Source of the DNA: Eledone cirrhosa
Lineage: Eukaryota
Direction of reading: 5' to 3'
DNA length: 64,000 nt
Assembly (NCBI GenBank): GCA_964016885.1
Contig: OZ024742.1
Location: forward strand, 19,468,001 to 19,532,000
Position numbers and translations under genes: made by a program. The notes under the pieces are model-generated. The model was not told the origin of the DNA and searched no databases. It was given only the letters and a program-made list of their open reading frames with translations. Shown piece by piece: positions 53,514 through 64,000 of this stretch. Every line of letters starts with the position of its first letter. The first letter of the stretch is position 1.

Positions 53514-54221
53514 CTATATATAGGGCTTAAAGTTTTGGAAGGAATGTCTGAGGCGGTGCTGGCAAGTTGCAAACACCTCAGATTTTTTGTTAAGTAGGTT
53601 ACGGTTGGAGAAGATAATATTGTGTGTCTCTAGTGTACAGAGGTTACAGAATTTATTAGGTGGTTTGTACGAGGTCGCGCTGCCTATCACTTCCCATTTG
53701 AGTGTGTATGGTTTATTTTTAGATTTTAGATAGTGTATGTAGCTAGAAAGTGAGGTGGAGTTGGCTAGGCTGTGCTTTTTGAACGAGTGGATGTGCGAGT
53801 TATATCTGATTTTGAAGCAGTTAGAAGTGGAGCCTACATAGGTTTCTGAAGAGTTATTAGTCGTGACGGTGCATGAGTATATGACGTCCTTGGTTAGGCA
53901 TTTTTTATCTAAAGGGCAGGTTCTATTAGCTCTACAGTTACAATTATCCTGTGCGTTAGTCCGCTGGTTATAATGCAATGCGGAAGTCTGTGTGGTGGAT
54001 ATAGGATTTTGGGTGTTCGGGTTGACAACCCTGGTGTTATTACTTATACTAGTGTTATTTCTATTGTTACTGCCGTTGCTATGGTTGCTTGCTACAGTGG
54101 TATTTAGAGGGTTTGCATCCCGTTGTGATTTTGTTTGTTGGAAGTAAGAACTAATTTTACTATTATTGCTGCTAGCTATGTGGTATGCTAAGTTAGGCGT
54201 CGTAGAGTATGAGATTTTAAT
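53514..54221 (-). CDS. C-terminal part of Penelope-like protein: linker, Cys motif, GIY-YIG endonuclease
   Basis: Frame is open from [11 protein letters not shown] through [20 protein letters not shown]...[30 protein letters not shown] to the stop. Confidence 0.85.
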   Translation of the reverse strand: MKISYSTTPNLAYHIASSNNSKISSYFQQTKSQRDANPLNTTVASNHSNGSNNRNNTSISNNTRVVNPNTQNPISTTQTSALHYNQRTNAQDNCNCRANRTCPLDKKCLTKDVIYSCTVTTNNSSETYVGSTSNCFKIRYNSHIHSFKKHSLANSTSLSSYIHYLKSKNKPYTLKWEVIGSATSYKPPNKFCNLCTLETHNIIFSNRNLLNKKSEVFATCQHRLRHSFQNFKPYI

Positions 54222-54238
54222 GGTGAGATTTTAATGTA

Positions 54239-54792
<554 letters not shown>

Positions 54793-54837
54793 CATTATAT
54801 ATATATATATATATATATATACATACATACATATATA

Positions 54838-56653
54838 TCATCATCATCATCATCATCAACGTTTAACGTCCGTGTTCCACGCTTGCATGGGTTTGGACGG
54901 GGGTAGTCCCACTTGAGGCAAGAGTGATTGTCTTGCTCGCATAGGACTGTCTGGCAGGTTTTCTACAGTTGGATGCCCTTCCTAACACCAACCACATTTA
55001 CAGTGGGTCTGGGAGGTTTTTACCGTGTTGCCTACACGGCCACATTACAGCGTGGACTGTGTGTTTTTTTGTCGTGACACCTACACGATCTCATTTGTTT
55101 CGGCCTGGATGGCGCGGCACCAACATAACTTTACATAGAACGGGGTGGTGTGGATGGGGTGGGGGGCGGCGGGACGGGGTGTATTTTGTTAGAGATGCCT
55201 ACTGGCAAGGCGGGTCTTCTCTGTTACTGAGTACCGCCAAAGGTCTCGGTCCAGTGACATTGTCTTGGAGAGGTGTAAGTGCGTGAGGTCGGAGTTTATC
55301 AGCTCATCCCAGGTTTTTCTAGGTCTGCCTATTCCGTGGCTACCGTCTATCTTTATTGCCCTGCACTTTGTTATACAGCTATCGACTTTCATGCGCATCA
55401 CGTGTCCATACCAACGCAGCCTTCTCTCGAGTAAACAACATCTGATCCCTCTTATCTCTAATTTTTTCCTTAGTTCGTTTATGCTTTGCCGTTCACGTAT
55501 ATTACTGTTACACATCCAGCGGAGCATGCAAGCTTCGTTCCTCTCTAGTCTGCGTATATCCTCTGCACACAATGCCCAGGTCTCACTACCATGCAACATT
55601 GCTGTTCGTATGCAGGCATCGTACAACCTGCCTTTCATTTTTAGGGAGAACCCTTTAGCAGCTAATAGTGGTATAAGCTCTCTGAACTTTTTCCAACCAG
55701 TTCTGACTCTAGCTACAGTACTTTCAGAGCACCCTCCCCCACTGCTGATTTTATCGCCCAGGTAACGGAAGCTGTCCACTATTTCTATAGAACCCTCTGC
55801 GCAATTGAAAGAGCTAGTATTTTGTGGGCACTTGCTGCTACTTATTGCACCAGAACACCGGCCACATGTAAAATCTATGTTCTTAGTTAGCTTACCTGTG
55901 ATCCCACTACATCTTTTATGCACCCATACTTTGCATTTAGGACATAAAATGGAGTCTCTACCCACGCCTTTCCTACACACCGAGCACGACCATTTCCCAG
56001 AAGGGACCGCCGCCTTGTTTTCTTTCCTACAAACTAGAACTTTGGTCTTAGCCAGGTTAATTTTAAGTCCTTTTGACTCTAGGCCGTGCTTCCATGTTTG
56101 GAATTTCTTCTCTAGCTCGGCCATTGATTCCGCTATGAGTGTCAGGTCGTCTGCGTATAGGAGTTCCCATGGGCAGCCTGTCTTGAACTCCTCTGTTATA
56201 GCCTTAAGGCAATAATAAATAGTAGGGGGCTGAGAACAGAGCCCTGATGGACGCCAACTTTTACGCTAAACTCTTCACTATATTCGTTGTTAATTCTAAC
56301 CTTGCTGACTGTTTCTTTATACATGGCTTGTATAGCCCTCACAAGCCATTCGTCAACGCCTAGTTTTCTAAGAGCCCACCAGATAATGGAGCGGGGGACT
56401 CTGTCGAAGGCTTTCTCCAGGTCGACAAAAGCTAAGTAGAGGGGTTTACCTTTAGCTAGGTACTTCTCCTGTAGTTGTCGTACTATGAAAAGAGCGTCTG
56501 TGGTGCTTTTGCCTGACACAAACCCGAACTGCATTTCATCTAGGTCAATTCTCTCTCTGATTAGTTGCGCTATTACTTTTTCCGTGACCTTCATGACCTG
56601 GTCGATTAATTTAATGCCTGTATAGTTACTCCTATCTAGGGCGTCTCCTTTAC

Positions 56654-56657
<4 letters not shown>
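54838..56657 (-). mobile_element. 5'-truncated RTE LINE (RT with PHD-like insertion), frameshift near 56200
   Basis: [25 protein letters not shown], then shifted frame ELLYADDL...CSVC..C..C..VH..C..C..C; (tga)n tail; TA both sides. Confidence 0.93.
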
Positions 56658-56734
<77 letters not shown>

Positions 56735-56805
56735 CATACACATATATATATATATATACGTACATATATATATATATATATACATACATACATATATATA
56801 TATAT

Positions 56806-56920
<115 letters not shown>

Positions 56921-56955
56921 CATATATATATATATACATGCATATATATATATAT

Positions 56956-56988
<33 letters not shown>

Positions 56989-57007
56989 CATGCATATATA
57001 TATATAT

Positions 57008-57038
<31 letters not shown>

Positions 57039-57079
57039 CATACATATATATATATATATACATACATATATATATATAT

Positions 57080-57160
<81 letters not shown>

Positions 57161-57168
57161 CATACATA

Positions 57169-59465
57169 TTACTCTTTTACTCTTTTACCTGTTTCAGCCA
57201 TCCGGCTGAGGCCATGCTGGGGCACCGCCCTTGTTGCTACACATTTTATCTCCAGCCTGTATAGGTTGGCCACTGGTGTAGGAGGGAGTTTGTTGCTGCT
57301 GCCCTTAGGTTTCCCTCGTGTCTTGCTGTGGGCTCATCCGGGATCTTGGATAACAAGGTGTCGAGATGTTTCTTAAAGACATCCACCTCCACGTCATGCA
57401 AGTCTCGCAGATGCCTCGGCAGCCTGTTGAAGAGTTGAGGGCCCTTGAATACCAGGCTATTGCAATACCTGCTCCTTATTCTAGATGTGGAAGACGGGAC
57501 CTTTGGCACCACACAGTGACGTCCTGTTCGACGGTTGGTCCAGCTCCCAATGCCAAAGTTTGGTGCTAGTCCCTCGAGGATTTTCCACATGTAGATCACT
57601 GCGTATCTCTCCCGTCTTCGCTCCAAGGAGTAGAGGTTCAGTTCCTTCAGCCTCTCCCAGTAGCTTGTCTCCCTCATCTTGGCAATCCTCTTGGTGTAGC
57701 TTCGCTGGATTGCCTCAAGCTCCGTGGTTAGTTTGACACTATGGGGTGACCACAGCTGGGAGCAGTAGTCCAGGCGGCTTAGGACAAAAGTCCTCCACAG
57801 TGTCAACATGGTGTCTCGATCTCTTGTAAGGAAAGTTCTCAAGATCCAGCCAGCGAATCGTCTACATGTTGTCGCCACCTTCATGATGTGTGAAGAAAAA
57901 GATGCATCATCGGTCATGTCTATGCCCAGGTCTCGTATCGATTTTGACACGGGGATATCGGTCCCTCCTGGTCCTGTGTAGCTGTGTTCCGCTATATTTG
58001 TGTTTGTGTTTGCAGGTTTGTGTTGTAGGGCTTGGAATTTGCCAGCATTAAACTGCATGTTGTTTTCTTCCGCCCATCTGTATATGGCATCCAGATCCTG
58101 CTGTAAGAGGGCAGCGTCAGCCGGGTTTTTGATTGCCTGTGCTACCTTAGTGTCATCAGCATAGCTAGTGAGGGATGTTGTTGCATGCACCACAGAGGGC
58201 ATGTCCGAGAGAGCCACCAAAAACAGTAGTGGTCCCAGGACTGTCCCCTGGGGCACCACACTTGTAATCGGTGTTTCCCTCGAGAGGGCCCCATTTGCTG
58301 CGACTGCCTGGCTTCTGTCCCTTAGGAAGCCATGCAGCCACTCACCTACTTTTCCAGTTATGCTGAGTCCGTGTAGTTTGTGACATATCATTCCGTGGTC
58401 GACCTTGTCAAAGGCCTTCGCAAAGTCAAGATATATCACGTCTACATGTGAGCTGTCTAGTAGTTGTCTCAGTAGCCAGTCGTAGTGATGTAGCAGCTGT
58501 GTAAGGCAGCTTCTTCCTGGGCGGAAGCCATATTGCGTGCTAGTCAGGCGGTCATTTTCTTCGAGGAAAGTGATTAGTTTCTTTCTGACGACTCGCTCCA
58601 TGACCTTACTGATATGCGACGTCAGGGAGACTGGCCTATAGTTCTTGGCCTCCGCTCTACTACCTCCTTTATGGATAGGGCATATTGTGCCTTCTTTCAG
58701 CTCCCTGGGTAGTACACCGCTAGCCAAGGAGCTTCTGAAGAGCATCTTCAGTGGAGTTGCTAAGGCCCGCTTACATATTTTTAGGAGAACTGCTGGGAAT
58801 CCATCAGGTCCAGCAGCCGAGTCTGTTCTAATTTCATCAATGGCGTACACCACATCCTCCTCCGTTATGTCTATGTGGTTGATGGTTGCCATTTCTTGAT
58901 GTAGTGTTGTGGCATCAAAGAACTCCTCTGGCTTCGTTATTTGCATGTGCCTCAGTGGACATGTGAAGACACTTTTGTACTGTTCGTTCAGTATTTCACA
59001 TATCTCTTGGGGATTTTCGGTTAATGAACCGTCCGTGTGGAAGAGTGGTCCAATCTTGCAGTGTACTGAGGCAGTTTCTTTTGCAAATTTAAAGAAGGCC
59101 TTAGGGTTTGTTTTAATGTTTTCTATGGCCCTGTTCTCTTTCTTTGCCCTCTCATTCTCATGTGAAAGATTGAGTGCAATCTCGGTGTCAAGTAGTGCAC
59201 GTTTCAAATAGGATTCCTTCTTGTTTTGGTTTTGTTGACTATTCAACTGGTTTGAGAGTTTAGTTCTACGTCTCATAAGGATTTTCCTATCTCTGGGAAT
59301 AAGATTTTTGTGTCTGTTTGCCTCTTTCTCCGGGACACACTTTTTGCATATGGTGTGTATCGTTGTCATGAAGTGTTGAAATTGTGTGTTAGTGTCTTGT
59401 GTGGCGATGTTTTCACTCCATGTTTGCTTCCGGATTTCACTCTTAATCTTCTTCCAGTTAGCCTT
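57169..59465 (-). mobile_element. 5'-truncated CR1-group LINE, second family
   Basis: 707-aa RT ORF, 3' stem-loop cagcc-ggat-ggctg and (taaaagag)n tail into TA array. Confidence 0.92.
57246..59369 (-). CDS. Reverse transcriptase (ORF2 lacking the endonuclease through truncation)
   Basis: [47 protein letters not shown]. Confidence 0.88.
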   Translation of the reverse strand: MTTIHTICKKCVPEKEANRHKNLIPRDRKILMRRRTKLSNQLNSQQNQNKKESYLKRALLDTEIALNLSHENERAKKENRAIENIKTNPKAFFKFAKETASVHCKIGPLFHTDGSLTENPQEICEILNEQYKSVFTCPLRHMQITKPEEFFDATTLHQEMATINHIDITEEDVVYAIDEIRTDSAAGPDGFPAVLLKICKRALATPLKMLFRSSLASGVLPRELKEGTICPIHKGGSRAEAKNYRPVSLTSHISKVMERVVRKKLITFLEENDRLTSTQYGFRPGRSCLTQLLHHYDWLLRQLLDSSHVDVIYLDFAKAFDKVDHGMICHKLHGLSITGKVGEWLHGFLRDRSQAVAANGALSRETPITSVVPQGTVLGPLLFLVALSDMPSVVHATTSLTSYADDTKVAQAIKNPADAALLQQDLDAIYRWAEENNMQFNAGKFQALQHKPANTNTNIAEHSYTGPGGTDIPVSKSIRDLGIDMTDDASFSSHIMKVATTCRRFAGWILRTFLTRDRDTMLTLWRTFVLSRLDYCSQLWSPHSVKLTTELEAIQRSYTKRIAKMRETSYWERLKELNLYSLERRRERYAVIYMWKILEGLAPNFGIGSWTNRRTGRHCVVPKVPSSTSRIRSRYCNSLVFKGPQLFNRLPRHLRDLHDVEVDVFKKHLDTLLSKIPDEPTARHEGNLRAAATNSLLHQWPTYTGWR

Positions 59466-59574
59466 GTTTGTTTATCTTATTTTATTTTGTATATATATAT
59501 GTATATATATATATTTGTATATGTATATATATATACATGTATATATATGTATATATATATGTATATATATATAT

Positions 59575-59746
<172 letters not shown>

Positions 59747-59750
59747 ACAT

Positions 59751-59955
59751 ATTCAAGAAGTCTTTGGACAAATTCCTCCAAGTAATCCCGGACAAACCAC
59801 CCACACCCGGATATGTCTCCGCAAACAGTAATTCTCTTCTCGAATGGGCCATGGTGCCCAAATCCTGAATTGAAAGACTTCGCCAGGTGGTGCTATTAAG
59901 TTAGACATGGCCTGGGCCAATACTGGCCAAAACATTTCAAAGTTATTCAAAGTTA
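59751..59955 (+). mobile_element. 3' terminal 205 bp of the 23820-28138 CR1 family, in TA array
   Basis: Near-identical to 27923-28128 including the ttcaaagtta tail. Confidence 0.93.
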
Positions 59956-59977
59956 TACATATATATATATATATATG

Positions 59978-60020
<43 letters not shown>

Positions 60021-60530
60021 ATATATATATATACATATATATATACATATATATACATATATATATATATACATATACATATATATATATATATATACAT
60101 ATATATATACATATATATACATATATATATATATACATATACATATATATATATATATATACATATATATATACAAAATAAAATAAGATAAACAAACAAG
60201 CAAATAAATAAATAAATATATAGACAGACTGAATAAAAAAATGGCGTAGACATATAACACAACAGGAGGAACAAAGAATATAACACCACTGACGATGTTG
60301 CAGATGTGCACCGAAAGATTTATGTAAATTATGTAAACTATATATATGTGTTTGTGTCTATATTGTATCTGTATTATTTTTGACCGTCGGTCAGTCAATG
60401 GCAACATTGAGGACCGAGTAAGTTAGATCGCAGATATAAAAGACAGCGAGAAGCGAAAACCAACCAAACAGTGAGTGTGTTCTGTTATTAATTCTGGCAA
60501 TATTACGCAAATATGACCCTCCCCAAGTAT

Positions 60531-61535
<1,005 letters not shown>

Positions 61536-61969
61536 CGTAAAGCAAGTGAGACAAGTAAACAACAGAAGGAAAAGCAAACCGAAGGTTGGAAAACAGCAAG
61601 CCACATGGTAGTTATCCGATCTGTATAAACTGGGTGAATTTCATGAGCGGTCAGAGAAGCAGACCGTACGCCGTGAATGCGGTGTGAGAAAGAAGGATCC
61701 CCACTACTAGCGAACGGGAGGAAGTGAGAAGGGGAGAAACAGAGAGTGGGTGAGTGGAAGTGCGAGGAAGAGGTCAGTCGAGAGAAAAAGTGTAACTGAC
61801 AGAGAGGGCGAAAGAAGGTAAGAGAAACAGAGAGCAGTAAGAGAGAAAGAGAGAAAGAGATAATCGCAGTTTAGGTAAATATATATGAAAAACAAAGGGA
61901 GAAGAGTACTGCATGGTTGCACATGGATTACATATTATAAAATTAGTCCCTCATATATATATATATATA

Positions 61970-62090
61970 TGAGGAAGGGCTTATGCCCGAAACGTCGTCC
62001 CCCACTAACACCCCACTCTCCAGAGCGTGAAATTAATAAACATTCGTTGTACTGCCTCTCTGTTTTGTCCCTGTTCAAATTTTTCCATTA

Positions 62091-62092
<2 letters not shown>
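61970..62092 (+). mobile_element. Penelope-like 3' terminus starting within a minimal hammerhead
   Basis: TGAGGA-A-GGGC-TTAT-GCCC-GAAAC-GTC, then aataaa and T-rich end; TA both sides. Confidence 0.7.
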
Positions 62093-62158
<66 letters not shown>

Positions 62159-62534
62159 TGTATATATACATACATATATATATATATATATATATGCATG
62201 TATATATATATACATATATATTTATATATACTTACATATGTATGTGTATATATATGTGTACATATATATGTGTGTATATATATGTATATAAATATATATA
62301 TATACTTATATATACATATATATACACATATATACACACATATATATATATTTACAAATATATATATATATATATTACATTTGGAATTGAAACCTATTTT
62401 TAATCGAAGTTGCAAAATAAGAAGTATCTATGTGTCTGTTTATCACTTTAAATATTGAATTGTTAGAATAATAAACCTGTCTTTATTATCCCCTAAATTG
62501 GGGGGGGGGGGGCCTTACTCCGTTTGGGTTTGAT

Positions 62535-62716
62535 AATTGTTTCTACTTTTGGCACAAGGCCAGCAATTCACCAGTACATTACTGGTACTTTATTTTATCG
62601 ACCACGTAGGGATGTAAGGCAAAGTTAACCTCGGCAGGATTTGAACTCAGTTCGTAAAGGGACGTAACTGTGCTGCAAAGCATGACGTCCGACCCTCCAC
62701 CGATACTGCCAATCCA
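62535..62716 (-). mobile_element. SINE family A
   Basis: Reverse complement of family A consensus. Confidence 0.85.
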
Positions 62717-63010
62717 GGTTTAATAATGAAGCTATGTCTCTTTATTCTCCCCTAAATTGGAGGGGGGTACTCCGTTTGGGTTTAATAATGAAGCTATATG
62801 TCTTTATTCTCTCCTAAATTGGAGGGGGGTACTCCGTTTGGGTTTAATAATGAAGCTATATGTCTTTATTCTCCCCTAAATTGGAGGGGGGTACTCCGTT
62901 TGGGTTTAATAATGAAGCTATATGTCTTTATTCTCTCCTAAATTGGAGGGGGGTACTCCGTTTGGGTTTAATAATGAAGCTATGTGTCTTTGTTCTCCCC
63001 TAAATTGGGG
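62717..63010. repeat. Approx. 62-bp minisatellite (about 5 copies; related unit at 62465-62535 left of the SINE)
   Basis: ggtttaataatgaagctatatgtctttattctcccctaaattggaggggggtactccgtttg. Confidence 0.9.
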
Positions 63011-63136
63011 TTTACCCCGTCTGTTCAACTATAATATCTCCCTTACATCACACCTATTACAGTAATCTGCTAAGATATTTACCAGATTAGATTATTACGC
63101 CTACATCCTTAATGCATTAATTGTTTTACACATTAT

Positions 63137-64000
63137 CATCACCATCACCATCACCATCACCACCATCACCACTACCGCCATCACCATCAGCATCACTACC
63201 ACCACTACCACCATCACCACTAGCACCACTACCGCTATCGCCACTACCAACACCACCACTACCAACACCACCACTACCAACACCACCACTACGACCATCA
63301 CCACTAGGACCACTACCGCCATCGCCACTACCAACACCACCACAACCATCCACAAACACTACCAACAACACCACTACCAACACAACCACCACTACCAACA
63401 ACACCAGTACCAACACCGCCACTACCAACACCACCACTACCACCATCACCACTACCAACACAACCACTACCACTACCACCACTACCACCACCACTACTAC
63501 CAACACCACCACTACTAACATCACCACTACCTCCACCACCATTACCAACACCACTACTACCAACACCACCACTACCAACACTACCACTACCAACACCACC
63601 ACTACCAACACCACCACTACCAACACCACCACTACCAGCACCACCACTACCAACACCACCACTACCAACACCACCACTACCACCATCGCCACTACCGCCA
63701 TCGCCACTACCAGCACCACCACTACCAACACCACCACTACCACCACCACCACTACCAATACCACCACTACCAACACCACCACTACCAACACCACCACTAC
63801 CAGCACCACCACTACCAACACCACCACTACCAACACCACCACTACCAATACCACCACTACCACCACCACCACTACCAACACCACCACTACCAGCACCACC
63901 ACTACCAACACCACCACTACCAACACCACCACTACCACCATCGCCACTACCGCCATCGCCACTACCAGCACCACCACTACCAACACCACCACTACCACCA
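63137..64000. repeat. (ACC)n-derived low-complexity repeat, 15-bp period
   Basis: accactaccaacacc repeated to the window end. Confidence 0.92.

Larger units (their letters stand above)
51983..54237 (-). mobile_element. 5'-truncated Penelope-like element (Naiad-type) with long 3' region and terminal hammerhead
   Basis: [11 protein letters not shown] linker, CxCx5Cx5C motif, GIY-YIG endonuclease, hammerhead 40-85 nt from the 3' end; TA arrays both sides. Confidence 0.85.

Noticed and set aside
53895-53945. Selenocysteine-encoding Naiad
   Set aside because: All four Cys of the motif are TGT/TGC and there is no in-frame TGA in the retained ORF.
63126-63998. Poly-Val ORF or mucin-like Thr/Pro exon
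   Set aside because: Low-complexity (ACC)n derivative with no supporting splice or domain evidence.

Overview
Eukaryotic, AT-rich, repeat-dominated animal DNA. The SINE/LINE families and long (TA)n arrays look cephalopod (Octopus-like), which is an inference. The only host-gene signal is two phase-compatible + strand exons (2344-2446, 9108-9238) of an ADAMTS/ADAMTS-like (THSD4/papilin-type) Cys-rich region, so most of the window is probably intron. The rest is mobile-element and repeat DNA: tRNA-derived SINEs, piggyBac- and hAT-type MITEs, two large satellites (81 bp and 71-74 bp units) and a community of retroelements inserted into (TA)n arrays. That community includes an intact single-ORF RTE LINE, a near-intact two-ORF CR1-group LINE, truncated RTE and CR1 copies, a Naiad-type Penelope element and short hammerhead-ribozyme-bearing fold-back elements. 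Most notable: (1) both long CR1-group insertions carry at their 5' junction an inverted copy of the sequence on the far side of the adjacent TA array, suggesting TA-hairpin fold-back priming; (2) the CR1 ORF2 lacks an early ATG and opens just before an in-frame U-UUU-UUA slippery heptamer, under a Myb/SANT + 2xCCCH ORF1; (3) several tandem arrays are visibly born from retroelement fragments, including a 7.6 kb satellite amplified from the last codons of an RTE ORF. Repeat boundaries were read by eye and are approximate.
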